Part shown: piece by piece, positions 48,612 through 58,533 of the stretch
How positions within the stretch are numbered: position 1 is the stretch's first letter
How the letters are laid out: the number at the start of each line of letters is the position of its first letter
From: Candidatus Latescibacterota bacterium
GTDB lineage: Bacteria; Latescibacterota; UBA2968; UBA8231
Assembly (NCBI GenBank): GCA_965203175.1
Contig: OZ241867.1
Span: 3,328,001 to 3,392,000, forward strand
Length of the DNA: 64,000 nt
Reading direction: 5' to 3'
Notes under the pieces: generated by a model
Seen by the model: only the letters and a program-made list of their open reading frames with translations
The model's database searches: none
Told to the model about the DNA's origin: nothing
Position numbers and translations under genes: made by a program

Positions 48612-49958
48612 TTAAGACGACCGCTCCGCGTTGGCTACGTAGCCGGTGTCGAATTGCCCGGCGACAAAGTCGGGGTCGTTGAGTAGGGTTTGGTGAAAGG
48701 GCAGGGTAGTGGCCACGCCTTCTATGGTGCATTCGCCTAAGACTCGACGCATCCGCGCTATGGCACCTTGGCGGTTGGGACCGTAGACGATGATTTTGGC
48801 CAGTAGAGAGTCGTAGTAAGGAGGAATCTCGTAGCCTTGGTAGATGTGGCTGTCGATGCGGACGCCGGGTCCGCCCGGCAGGTGGAGGGCCTCGATGACG
48901 CCCGAAGAGGGAATGAAGTTGCGCGCGGGATCCTCGGCGTTGATCCGGCATTCAATGGCGTGCCCTGTGAGTAGGATGTCCGCTTGGCCAAAACGCAGGG
49001 ATTCGCCGGCTGCGATGCGGATCTGTTCCCCGACTAAGTCGATGTCGGTGACCATCTCGGTGACCGGGTGTTCGACCTGGATGCGGGTATTCATCTCCAT
49101 GAAATAGAAGTTGTGGTCTGAATCGACGAGGAACTCAATGGTACCCGCGCTGTAGTAGCCGACGGCTGCTGCTCCGGCGAGGGCGGACTCGCCGAGCCGC
49201 TGGCGCAAGTCGGCATCAACTACTGGCGAGGGGCTTTCTTCCAAGAGCTTCTGGTGCCGTCGCTGGATGGAGCATTCGCGCTCGCCGAGATGGACGAGGT
49301 GTCCGTGCTGGTCGCCGAGAACTTGGATTTCAATGTGGCGCGCCTCTTCGATGGAGCGCTCCATGTACACGGCGTCGCTGGTAAAGGCGGTGCGTGCTTC
49401 GCGCCGTGCCATCTGCCAGGCTTCCTCTAACTCATCCATGGCGTGGACGATCCGCATCCCGCGCCCGCCGCCGCCAGCGGAGGCTTTGAGACGCAGTGGG
49501 AAGCCGATCTTTTCCGCCCATTGACGGGCGTCTTCTAGCGACTGGAGCGCGCCCTCGCTGCCCGGCACGACGGGCACGCCGGCCTCCTGCATGGTGTGGC
49601 GGGCGACGGCCTTGTCGCCCATTTTGCGAATGGCCGCAGTCGGCGGGCCGATGAACTGGAGGCCGCAATCGGCGCAGATTTCGGAGAAATCGGCGTTTTC
49701 GGCCAAAGGGCCGTAGCCGGGGTGGATCGCGTCGGCGTTGGTCAGTTCGGCCGCGCTGATGATATTGACGATGTTGCGGTAGCTGTCCTTGCCAGCGGCT
49801 GGCCCGATGCAGACATCCTCGTCGGCGAAAGACACGTGGAGGGAGCGGGTGTCAGCTTGGGAGTGAACGGCCACCGTCGCGATGCCCATCTCTTGGCAGG
49901 CGCGGATGACGCGCAGCGCGATTTCGCCGCGGTCGGCGATGAGGATTTTCTCGAACAC
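48612..49958 (-). CDS. accC: Acetyl-CoA carboxylase biotin carboxylase
   Basis: [38 protein letters not shown]. Confidence 0.96.
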   Translation of the reverse strand: MFEKILIADRGEIALRVIRACQEMGIATVAVHSQADTRSLHVSFADEDVCIGPAAGKDSYRNIVNIISAAELTNADAIHPGYGPLAENADFSEICADCGLQFIGPPTAAIRKMGDKAVARHTMQEAGVPVVPGSEGALQSLEDARQWAEKIGFPLRLKASAGGGGRGMRIVHAMDELEEAWQMARREARTAFTSDAVYMERSIEEARHIEIQVLGDQHGHLVHLGERECSIQRRHQKLLEESPSPVVDADLRQRLGESALAGAAAVGYYSAGTIEFLVDSDHNFYFMEMNTRIQVEHPVTEMVTDIDLVGEQIRIAAGESLRFGQADILLTGHAIECRINAEDPARNFIPSSGVIEALHLPGGPGVRIDSHIYQGYEIPPYYDSLLAKIIVYGPNRQGAIARMRRVLGECTIEGVATTLPFHQTLLNDPDFVAGQFDTGYVANAERSS

Positions 49959-49964
49959 AGCCTC

Positions 49965-50420
49965 TTAGCTAGGGCGAATTTTGAACAGAGCTTGGTTGTA
50001 TTCTACAGGCTGGCCATCGCCGACGAGGATCTCAACTACTTCGCCTTGGACATCTGCCGGAATCTCGTTCATGATCTTCATGGCCTCGATGATGCAGACG
50101 GTCTGGCCGCTTTCAATGCGATCCCCCTCGCTCACAAAGGGATCGGCTTCGGGCGAGGCGGCCTGGTAAAACGTACCGACCATGGGCGAGAGCACCTCGT
50201 GCAGGCCGTCGTCGGTCTTCTCGGTGGGAGCTAGCTCGGTAGTGGGCGCAGTGGGCGCTGGCGCAATGGGCATGGGTGCAGCGGGTGCCACTGGGGAGGG
50301 CGCACGACTGCGGGTCAGGCGGATACGCGTGCCGTGCCAGAAGCTGTGTTGGACCTCTATTTCTTCTAGGTCGCTATCGCGAAAAAGCTCTAGCAGTTTG
50401 CGGAGCTTGCCTTCGTTCAC
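49965..50420 (-). CDS. accB: Biotin carboxyl carrier protein
   Basis: SPMVGTFY, EAMKIMNEI biotinylation motif. Confidence 0.96.
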   Translation of the reverse strand: MNEGKLRKLLELFRDSDLEEIEVQHSFWHGTRIRLTRSRAPSPVAPAAPMPIAPAPTAPTTELAPTEKTDDGLHEVLSPMVGTFYQAASPEADPFVSEGDRIESGQTVCIIEAMKIMNEIPADVQGEVVEILVGDGQPVEYNQALFKIRPS

Positions 50421-50438
50421 AGGAGATGTCGTCCTTTC

Positions 50439-50996
50439 TCAAGCGCGCTCTACGTATTCGCCAGTGCGGGTATCGACCTTGAGCCGGTCGCCCTTATTGA
50501 CAAAGAGCGGCACTTGCACCACGTAGCCGGTTTCTAAGGTTGCTGGCTTGACTGCGCCGGTGGCGGTGTCGCCCTTGACGCCCGGTTCAGTGTGGGTGAC
50601 GACAAGAGAGACAAAGTTGGGTAGTTCGACAGAGACGACCTCTTCTCTCGCTACGAGGAGGAAGGCGTTCTCACTTTCTTTGAGGAGGTTGCTGGTCGCG
50701 CCGACGACCTCTGCGGACACCGGGATCTGATCGTAGGTATCCAAGTCCATGAAGTAATATAGCCCTTGGTCGGCATACAGGTATTGCATCTGGCGCTTTT
50801 CGAGCCGGATTTGCTCGACCTTGTCGCCCGAGCGGAAGGTGCGGTCGAGCACGGCACCCGTTTTGGTGTTTTTGAGCTTGGTGCGCACGAAGGCGCTGCC
50901 CTTGCCCGGTTTGACGTGCTGAAACTCGACGATGGAGAAGATCTCGCCGTCGAGGGACATGGTAAAACCGTTTCTAAAATCCGTGGTGTCTGCCAT
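50439..50996 (-). CDS. efp: Elongation factor P
   Basis: HVKPGKG, PGVKGDTA, VPLF, DTRTGEY. Confidence 0.98.
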   Translation of the reverse strand: MADTTDFRNGFTMSLDGEIFSIVEFQHVKPGKGSAFVRTKLKNTKTGAVLDRTFRSGDKVEQIRLEKRQMQYLYADQGLYYFMDLDTYDQIPVSAEVVGATSNLLKESENAFLLVAREEVVSVELPNFVSLVVTHTEPGVKGDTATGAVKPATLETGYVVQVPLFVNKGDRLKVDTRTGEYVERA

Positions 50997-51006
50997 ATTG
51001 CTCCCG

Positions 51007-51849
51007 TTAGTTCGCGTTGCTGCTTTTCTCTAGCGAAGCCAGCTTACTGCGGATGATGGTGTTGGTCGGCTCCTGTTCGAGGAGCTCGCGATAGGTTTCG
51101 ATTGCCTTCTGGGTCAAGCCCTGAGTGGTGTAGATTTCGGCCAGCGTCATGGTGGCGATGCGCTTGCTTTTTGGTGCGCTCGGCTCGCTGTCGGCCGGCG
51201 TGAGTGGTTCTGCAGGTGCGGGTACCGGTTCGGGTTCGGGCCCTTTTTCTTCTTCGATCTCCTGCAAGAGGCGGAACAATTCGCTGTCATCGGTGTCGCC
51301 GTATAGAGCGTCGCGGTCTTCGTCTTCTGACGGCTGGGGCGGTGGTAGAGCTTGGGGCTGAACGACTTTGGCCTCTAGGGTCTGCGACGCTGCGCTGGCG
51401 ACAAGCTCTTCGGGTTCGGGTTCGGGTTCGGGCGTGGGCGCGGCTTGGTGAGTTTGGCCAGCGACGCGGTCGACCCGCTCTGCTAGGGAGGCGTCGAAAG
51501 GGTCGAGGTACGCGGCTTGGCGCAGGCTTTGCAAGACCAGTGACGTGACGCCGAGCTGCTCAAAGAGGTGGGCGAGGCGCTTGTACCCGCTGGGGTTTTC
51601 CGGGTCGAGCCGCAGGGCTTGCCCCATGGCCTCGCGCGCTTCTTCCAAGTCACCCCGTTTCTCATAGCACTTGCTGAGGACGATAAAGCCGGTAGCGTAG
51701 TCGGGAAAACTCGCACAGCCCTTTTGGCAAAGCTCGAGGGCGCGCTCGGTGCGCCCGCGCTTGAGATAGCGGTCAGCGAGGCGAGCGAAGTGCGGGGAAT
51801 CCGGATCGCGTCGGAATGCTTTTTCCAGTTTGGTTATGGAGTTGGCCAT
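51007..51849 (-). CDS. Tetratricopeptide repeat protein
   Basis: N-terminal TPRs, acidic Pro-rich linker, C-terminal TMTLAEIY..QG..KAI..Y. Confidence 0.8.
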   Translation of the reverse strand: MANSITKLEKAFRRDPDSPHFARLADRYLKRGRTERALELCQKGCASFPDYATGFIVLSKCYEKRGDLEEAREAMGQALRLDPENPSGYKRLAHLFEQLGVTSLVLQSLRQAAYLDPFDASLAERVDRVAGQTHQAAPTPEPEPEPEELVASAASQTLEAKVVQPQALPPPQPSEDEDRDALYGDTDDSELFRLLQEIEEEKGPEPEPVPAPAEPLTPADSEPSAPKSKRIATMTLAEIYTTQGLTQKAIETYRELLEQEPTNTIIRSKLASLEKSSNAN

Positions 51850-52003
51850 GGCGATAGGGATGGGAGGTGCTAAGGCGGCTGAAACGCGAGGCTATTTTAT
51901 GCTTTGAACTGCGAAATGTCAAGGATAGGGCAGGACGATGAGAAGGCGCGAATTGGCGGCCAAAGGGAGTGCGGAAACGGCGTCCGCAATCTCTCGGCAA
52001 AGA

Positions 52004-52044
52004 TGGTGCGCCCGCAGGGGCTTGAACCCTGGACCTGCTGATTA
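52004..52044 (-). repeat. att site: 3' half of tRNA-Lys (anticodon loop to CCA), outer island boundary
   Basis: 39/41 identical to 58235-58275; ends in CCA on the minus strand. Confidence 0.85.
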
Positions 52045-52208
52045 TACATCACATCGTCTGGGAGGGACGTTCCGATGCCGGCCGCAAGCTCAACTGCGGC
52101 ATGTAGTTCTATGCGTTGAAAACTGGCGCGGCGGCGTGGCGCAAGGCGATATTAATTAAGTGAGCCGGAGCGTTTGGCCGGGACTTTCCAATCGTCGGAA
52201 GGACGAAT

Positions 52209-55200
52209 ATGAGCGACATATCCTTTGAGCACGTGTTGAGCAGCCAATACACGGTTTTTGATGGGTTGGCCGGGATGCACGTGGAAGACATCTACCAAGA
52301 CCGCCAAGGCTTTCTCTGGATCGCCACGGCCGACGGCGGCGTCAGCCGGTTCGACAGCGCTCGGTTTGATACGTTTGGCCTCAAGGACGGTCTGCCCAAT
52401 CTGACAGTCATGGCCATTGCCGAGGACGCGGATGGGCGACTGTTGTTCGGCACGTTCGGCGGAGGACTTGCCGCGTACGACGGACGCGGTTTTCAGGTGT
52501 ACACTACTGAGCACGGCCTGCCTTCCAACGAGATTTTGGGTCTGCAAGCCCAACCCGATGGCTCGATTCTGGTGCTGACGGGCGCGGGTGTGGCTTGGTT
52601 TGTCGAGGGGCACTTTATAAAGTGCATAACCGAAGTTGGCGGCCAACCGTTGGAGTGGGTGTACGATATGGCCACTGACGCGGGAGGCACTACTTGGTTT
52701 GCGACGTGGGGAGGCGCCCTCAGTTTGGATGGACAGCACATGGGTATCGGCGACCGGGCGACCCAATGGCCTTGGAAGTTCGCCCAAGATCCCTCCGGGC
52801 ATCTGTGGATTAGTCTCCATTACACGGGTACCGAAGTCTTGATCGGCCGCTACGATCCACGGGACCAACATCTTGAGTTTATTAACGTGGGCAAGGGCGA
52901 TGAGGGGATGGTACAGCACGGGACGCGGCACGTGCGGGCTGACGAGAGGGGCTGGCTCTGGTTGACCCACCGAGGCGTGATGGTACACGACGGGCAGGAG
53001 TGGTATCCTTTTTCTGCTTCCTTGCCAGATATTGACTTTTCGGCTACGCGGCTGACATACGAGGACCGCGAGGGCAATATCTGGATCGGGCTTTGGGGCG
53101 GAGGGCTGATTTTTTGCGATCCAGCTAGTATCCGGCGCTACACGGAAGCCGACGGCCTACCGGACCGCGAGATTCGCCACTTAGGCGAAGACCATGAGGG
53201 TCGAATGTGGATTGGTACGATGGGGGGTATGGCCTGCATGGAAGAGGGGCAAATCTGCCCGGTCGAGACGGGGGAGATCGTCTCGGCGATAGTGGTGGAT
53301 GGCCAGGGGCAGGTCTGGAGTGGTGGGAGTGCGGGCAAGGTGTACAAGTGGGAAGGCCAAACGCCACAAGCGATCACAGTGGTCGCAGATCCCCATCCCG
53401 AAGAAATCGCTGGGCTATGTGAAGATGGGCAAGGGCGTATCTGGGTCGGCACGTCCGAGGGCCGCGTTGGCTGGATAGAGAAAAATCGCTTTATCCATCT
53501 TGATGAATGCAGCACCGCGCTGCAAGACCAAGGCGGGGTATTCTGGGTCGGAACGCTGCTGCGAGACCGAGACGGAGTATTGTGGCTCGGTTCAGTTGGA
53601 TTAGTACCAGCACTCTACTGTTACGAGGATGGGCACTTGCGTCCAGCGGATATGGCCGAAGCGGAGTCCATCTCTTACGTCAACGTCTTGTGGGAGCACC
53701 AAAACCTCCTGTGGGTGGGCACGGCCAAGGGGCTTTTCACCCTTGATCTTTCGTCGCGAGAGGTGCGCCGGTTTACCGCCGAGCAGTTTGGGTTGTCGGC
53801 CAATGGCATCTTGGCGCTGGCGGCCGATTCGCAGGGCAATATCTGGATGGGCACCAGTGGCGGCGGCGTCCTTCGCTACGACGGCGAGACCTTCCAGAGC
53901 ATTCGCTTGGGGCCATCTGCCCTCGAAAACATGGTCGAAGCCGTCCTGTGCGACCATCGCGGTCGGCTGTGGTTTGGCACGCGGGCGGGGCTGGTTGCCT
54001 ACCAGCCGGGACACACCCCGCCGCGCTTGGTCATCCGCGAGGTCATGGCCGGTACGCTCTTGACCGCGCCCGAAGCTGTATCCTGCCCAGAAAGCACCCC
54101 GGAAATCCGCATTCACTTTCAAGGCATCAGCTTCCGCACCGGTGCGGGACAGATGCGCTACAACCACCGGCTGTTAGGCCACGGTCCGGCGGAACAATGG
54201 AGTGCGTTTGCGGTCGCCGATGAGGTCGTGTATAGCGCCCTGCCGGTGGGCGAGTATTGCTTTGAGGTGCGGACGATGGACCGCGATGGTTTGCTGTCCG
54301 AGGTGACTAGCGTGGAGATTCAGATCCTCCCCGACGCCAAAACCGAACGCATCCACGCCCTTGAAAGCGTATTGCGAGCTACCGACCACGTCGTACATAG
54401 TCAGAGTTGGGCGATGCGCCAAGTGATGGAGCAGACCGTGCGGGTTGCTGAGACGGCAATGACCGTGCTGGTGTTAGGCGAGACTGGCACGGGCAAGGGC
54501 TTGCTCGCGCAGACCATCCACGAAACAAGCACTCGCCGCAAGCGGCCTTTTATTCGCGTCAATTGTGGGGCGCTGCCGGCCGGGTTGGTTGAAAGCGAGT
54601 TGTTTGGCCACGAGAAGGGGGCTTTTACCGGAGCCGCTAGCCGTCAGCTTGGGCGCTTTGAACTGGCCGATGGCGGCACCCTCTTTCTCGACGAAATCGG
54701 CGATTTGCCGTTGGAGTCTCAGCGGGTGCTGCTGCACATCTTAGAGGAGAATGCGCTGACCCGGGTTGGCGGCCAGCAGCCTGTGAGCGTGGATGTGCGG
54801 GTCATTGCGGCGACCAACCGCGACTTGCGGCAGGCCATCCAGGAAGGCACGTTCCGCGAAGACCTGTTCTACCGCTTGAGCGTCTTTACCTTAGAGCTTC
54901 CGCCGCTACGGCAGCGGCAAGAGGATATCCCGGCTTTGGCAGTGCATTTTGCAGAGCGGTATGCCCAGCACCTGCGGCGTCCAGTGCCGAGGATAGACGA
55001 CGGGGTGGTCGCGCACTTGCAGGGGTATGCTTGGCCGGGGAATGTGCGCGAGCTGGAGCATCTGATCCAACGTGCGGTCTTGCTGTGCAAGGACGGTGTC
55101 ATTCGGGTGGATGATTTGCCGTTCCTGACGGTTGGACAACGAGCCGGGGACACGGACGCAAGGAAGTCGTTTTCGCCGCTTGCCCAGCCCGCCGAAGGGG

Positions 55201-55364
55201 AGGAAGAAAAGCAACAACTCCTAGCAGCACTCCAAGCCGCCAACTGGATTATCTATGGCGATTGGGGGGCGGCCCGGCTGCTGGGCATGAACCCGGAACG
55301 GTTGCGCTCGCGGATGCGCAAGTACGGCCTGCGGAAACCGAAAAAGCCTGGCGCGGGGGCGTAG
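52209..55364 (+). CDS. sigma54-dependent activator: Reg_prop beta-propellers + Y_Y_Y + AAA+ + Fis-type HTH
   Basis: Repeated EDxxGxxWxGT blades; GETGTGK, ESELFGHEKGAFTGA, LFLDEIG, WPGNVREL; C-terminal AARLLG. Confidence 0.92.
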   Translation: MSDISFEHVLSSQYTVFDGLAGMHVEDIYQDRQGFLWIATADGGVSRFDSARFDTFGLKDGLPNLTVMAIAEDADGRLLFGTFGGGLAAYDGRGFQVYTTEHGLPSNEILGLQAQPDGSILVLTGAGVAWFVEGHFIKCITEVGGQPLEWVYDMATDAGGTTWFATWGGALSLDGQHMGIGDRATQWPWKFAQDPSGHLWISLHYTGTEVLIGRYDPRDQHLEFINVGKGDEGMVQHGTRHVRADERGWLWLTHRGVMVHDGQEWYPFSASLPDIDFSATRLTYEDREGNIWIGLWGGGLIFCDPASIRRYTEADGLPDREIRHLGEDHEGRMWIGTMGGMACMEEGQICPVETGEIVSAIVVDGQGQVWSGGSAGKVYKWEGQTPQAITVVADPHPEEIAGLCEDGQGRIWVGTSEGRVGWIEKNRFIHLDECSTALQDQGGVFWVGTLLRDRDGVLWLGSVGLVPALYCYEDGHLRPADMAEAESISYVNVLWEHQNLLWVGTAKGLFTLDLSSREVRRFTAEQFGLSANGILALAADSQGNIWMGTSGGGVLRYDGETFQSIRLGPSALENMVEAVLCDHRGRLWFGTRAGLVAYQPGHTPPRLVIREVMAGTLLTAPEAVSCPESTPEIRIHFQGISFRTGAGQMRYNHRLLGHGPAEQWSAFAVADEVVYSALPVGEYCFEVRTMDRDGLLSEVTSVEIQILPDAKTERIHALESVLRATDHVVHSQSWAMRQVMEQTVRVAETAMTVLVLGETGTGKGLLAQTIHETSTRRKRPFIRVNCGALPAGLVESELFGHEKGAFTGAASRQLGRFELADGGTLFLDEIGDLPLESQRVLLHILEENALTRVGGQQPVSVDVRVIAATNRDLRQAIQEGTFREDLFYRLSVFTLELPPLRQRQEDIPALAVHFAERYAQHLRRPVPRIDDGVVAHLQGYAWPGNVRELEHLIQRAVLLCKDGVIRVDDLPFLTVGQRAGDTDARKSFSPLAQPAEGEEEKQQLLAALQAANWIIYGDWGAARLLGMNPERLRSRMRKYGLRKPKKPGAGA

Positions 55365-55469
55365 AGCGCATATCCGACCGAGATTGAGCGCGATTCTAAT
55401 TCAAAAACAAAATCAAATTTGTAAGGCTTACGGCTTCCTGTCGCCGGGGATACAGGCTGGCCTAGGTCT

Positions 55470-55530
55470 ATACGGAATCTCGTATAATTCATACGGAATC
55501 TCGTATAATTCATACGGAATCTCGTGTATT
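55470..55530. repeat. 21-bp tandem repeat x3, each with an ATACG-N6-CGTAT palindrome (candidate enhancer)
   Basis: ATACGGAATCTCGTATAATTC at 55470 and 55491, plus a degenerate copy at 55512. Confidence 0.9.
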
Positions 55531-55646
55531 ACTTTGTGCCGATGGCGGAGTCAGGCATCATATAAAGCCCTGTCCCATTATTTAAGTGTCATGTTTTTCA
55601 ATCCTTTAGGGTGTCCTAAAGGATTTTTTTGTCGGTGGCCCAATCT

Positions 55647-55663
55647 TTGGCACAGAATGTGCG
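55647..55663 (+). promoter_or_regulatory. sigma54 -24/-12 promoter
   Basis: TTGGCACAGAATGTGCG: TGGCAC and GG-N10-GC spacing, about 55 bp upstream of the TlpA ATG. Confidence 0.8.
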
Positions 55664-55718
55664 TATATCTTCGCAGCTACGCACCGCATGATCCTCCTCA
55701 AACCTTGGAGAAAATCTG

Positions 55719-57734
55719 ATGAACGTATATGTCGCAGCCATAGTGGCCTTGATCGTCCCCTTGAGCTTATGTCTAGCCCCAGCAAGCGCCCAAAGTCAGT
55801 CCCACGCCGTGATCATCACTGGCGAGGTCCACAACTCTCCGTCGCGGGAAATCGAGTTCCGCCACGAGCCGCTACTTGTTCCCGGGCCTTCCGAACACCA
55901 CATCGTCTTGGACGAGCAAAACCGCTTTGCACTTCTCTTGAATATTCCCAAAGGGATTTTTGTCACCGGGCATTACAAAGATGAGCACAGCATCCCTTTC
56001 TTTGTCGAACCCGGCGATAGCCTGCACGCGGTCGTAACCTTCGCCGAGGTGACGGAGGCCGACTCTGCGGCAGCGGTGGAATCCGATCATTCGCACAGTG
56101 CAGTTTCCTCTTACTCCCTGACTTTTAGCGGCCGGGGAGCGGAAAATAATCACTTCTTAGCCGAGTTCTGGCCTCAACATAGTGCCTTTGAACCAGACTA
56201 TGCGCTGGAGCCCGAGGAGTTTGCACGCCAAGTCAAACAGCGGCGTCAGGATGAATTTGCCTTGCTAGCCGAGGGACGCGAGGAATACGCACTTTCTCCG
56301 GGGTTCATCGACTGTATGACGGTCTTTTTCAACTACAAGTGGGCCGAGCAGATGACTGCCTATCCACTGCTTTCGTTTAGAAACGGCGTCCTAGGGCGCT
56401 CGGCCTCTGCCGACCCAGACAGAAGAAGAGCGGTTCCCCCGGACTACTACGACTCCCTACAAGAAATTCCCTTGATAGATGAGAAAGCTATCGGCGTGGG
56501 GGAATATCGCCGATTTCTGGTGAATACCCTAGCGTTGGAAGCGAAGTCGGATGGGCTATATAGACTTTCCGATAGCTACAAGCTGTCTGGGTTGGGTCTG
56601 TCGGAGTCCATCCGTACCCGACTCGACTCTATGTACGACGCGAACATAAATCCCAGATTATCGCAGATGATCGCTCTGTCGGGTTTGGGTCTGTCGGAGT
56701 CCGCCCAAGCCCAACTTGACTCCATGTACGAAGATCCCAAAAAGGCCAGCGCGTCCGAAAAGGCTGCTTGGTTGGGGTTGGAGTTATCACCCGCCGCCCT
56801 AGCTGAACTCGACGCTTATGAGGAGTATAGTATGTTGCTCGGTGATACCACGAAGACCGATACGACGGGCGGGATTTTGACCTTCCATATGCCCATGGCA
56901 AAAATCAACGAGTGGTTTACCTACTTACACAATCGCCCGCTATCGACAAAGGTTGACTTATCGAGTTTGGAGTTATCACCTGCAGCCCAAGCCCAACTCG
57001 ACTCCATGTACCAAAACCGCAAACCACTCAAGCTAGACTTAGCGGCCTTGGAATTATCGCCAGCCACCCAAGCCCAACTCGACTCCATCATTGCTGGACC
57101 GAGTTTTCCTATCTCCCCTGGGGCTGCAGAACGATATGACCTCGCCAAACAAAAACTGCAAGGGCAAGTACTCTACTGGTTTCTGGCCGGAGAGTTGAGG
57201 ATTGGAATTAAGTTTGGCCTTGAAGCCTATGTGGATGCTCGCTGGCAATCCTTTGAACAGAGCAATCCCTTCCCCGAATACACCGAGGCCCTCCAAGCGG
57301 AAATGAACAAGACCCTAGTCCTACAACCCGGGCAACCTGCTCCCGATTTCACTCTCCATGACCCCGACGGCCAACCCGTATCGCTGAGCCAATTCAAGGG
57401 CAAAGTGGTCTTGATGGATTTTTGGGCGAGTTGGTGCGGACCGTGCATCGGCGATTTGGAGATTCTCCGCAAGATCAAGGAACAAGTGGCCGATCAGCCG
57501 GTCGTCTTCCTCAACGTCTCATTGGACGCGAATGAAGGAGCTTGGAAGAGGGCTATTGCCAAACACCAGATCCAAGGCGTCCACGTGCGCTCGGACGGCC
57601 AAGTAACGCAAGCCTATAATGTGTTCGGCATCCCTCGGTATTATCTCGTGGATCCCCAAGGGCTGATTGTGGAGGATCGTTTGGGGGTATCGGACATTGA
57701 TGAGGTTGTGGCGAAAATCGAGAAAAGTCTGTGA
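55719..57734 (+). CDS. Exported TlpA/redoxin family disulfide reductase with long repeat-containing N-terminal region
   Basis: Signal peptide (ASA-Q); APDFTL, DFWASWCGPC, GIPRY.LVD. Confidence 0.9.
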   Translation: MNVYVAAIVALIVPLSLCLAPASAQSQSHAVIITGEVHNSPSREIEFRHEPLLVPGPSEHHIVLDEQNRFALLLNIPKGIFVTGHYKDEHSIPFFVEPGDSLHAVVTFAEVTEADSAAAVESDHSHSAVSSYSLTFSGRGAENNHFLAEFWPQHSAFEPDYALEPEEFARQVKQRRQDEFALLAEGREEYALSPGFIDCMTVFFNYKWAEQMTAYPLLSFRNGVLGRSASADPDRRRAVPPDYYDSLQEIPLIDEKAIGVGEYRRFLVNTLALEAKSDGLYRLSDSYKLSGLGLSESIRTRLDSMYDANINPRLSQMIALSGLGLSESAQAQLDSMYEDPKKASASEKAAWLGLELSPAALAELDAYEEYSMLLGDTTKTDTTGGILTFHMPMAKINEWFTYLHNRPLSTKVDLSSLELSPAAQAQLDSMYQNRKPLKLDLAALELSPATQAQLDSIIAGPSFPISPGAAERYDLAKQKLQGQVLYWFLAGELRIGIKFGLEAYVDARWQSFEQSNPFPEYTEALQAEMNKTLVLQPGQPAPDFTLHDPDGQPVSLSQFKGKVVLMDFWASWCGPCIGDLEILRKIKEQVADQPVVFLNVSLDANEGAWKRAIAKHQIQGVHVRSDGQVTQAYNVFGIPRYYLVDPQGLIVEDRLGVSDIDEVVAKIEKSL

Positions 57735-57770
57735 GGGAGACACCCGGCCCTAAGGTTAGTCTATATCAGC

Positions 57771-58064
57771 ATGGTGCGCATCAACACATTGAATCGCTGC
57801 GGCCGGACCTTAACCATCGAACTCATGGGATATATCAATAAGACGGAGTTCGACATCTTGTATGAGTGCCTACAATCGCATGTCGAGGAGGGGGTGACGG
57901 AGGTCTGCATCGTGGCCGACGAAGTGCGGAGCCTCAATCCATTGCTTGGACGAGACGCGACCCGTTTGGGACAACTGGTCCCAACGTTGCGCTTCCAGCA
58001 ACTGGCTCCTTCCATACAGAGCACGTTAAAAAGCTGGGGTTTGGAGACGTGGATAGATGATTGA
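57771..58064 (+). CDS. Small STAS-like domain protein
   Basis: 97 aa; TIELMGYI..V..EVRSL..L..WGL pattern; followed by a terminator. Confidence 0.5.
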   Translation: MVRINTLNRCGRTLTIELMGYINKTEFDILYECLQSHVEEGVTEVCIVADEVRSLNPLLGRDATRLGQLVPTLRFQQLAPSIQSTLKSWGLETWIDD

Positions 58065-58101
58065 AAAACCCCCGTGCCGAGGATTTGGCACGGGGGTTTT
58101 T
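58064..58101 (+). terminator. Bidirectional intrinsic terminator
   Basis: aaaaacccccgtgcc-N8-ggcacgggggttttt. Confidence 0.9.
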
Positions 58102-58234
58102 CGGTTCTCTCAGGTTTCAAAGAGGCTCACGACCGAATAGCGACAACGACTTGAACCGTGTTGGCTGGTGAGATAGTGGTGACACAGCCTTTTCGCCGCT
58201 ATCACATGTTTTTCATAACCTCTTGTTTTTTTAT

Positions 58235-58297
58235 TGGTGCGCCCGCAGGGGCTCGAACCCTGGACCCGCTGATTAAGAGTCAGCTACTCTGCCAATT
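58235..58297 (-). repeat. att site: 63-nt 3' portion of tRNA-Lys(CTT) lacking the 5' acceptor strand
   Basis: Minus strand AATTGGCAGAGTAGCTGACTCTTAATCAGCGGGTCCAGGGTTCGAGCCCCTGCGGGCGCACCA; upstream bases cannot pair with CGGGCGC. Confidence 0.88.
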
Positions 58298-58533
58298 TTC
58301 CCGCCTTAATCATCTTTAATCCAATTTAGTAAATCCTTTAAAAATTAGGAATTTACAGTTTCATAATTTTAATTTGCGTTAATTGGATTTATGCCATATT
58401 TTGTCTTTTGGGGAACAAATTGGTAACAAAAAAATTATGATTCCTCTCTTTAAACACCGCCAAAAAATCAAAATTTGGTAATAAAAACAGGCCGAAAAAA
58501 TACCTTCATACACCCTTCAAGAAAGGACTTACC

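Noticed and set aside
55470-55530. Possible CRISPR array
   Set aside because: Repeats are contiguous with no spacers, and there are no cas genes in the window.
58235-58310. Intact tRNA-Lys gene
   Set aside because: The 5' acceptor strand and first D-stem strand are missing; interpreted as an att fragment.
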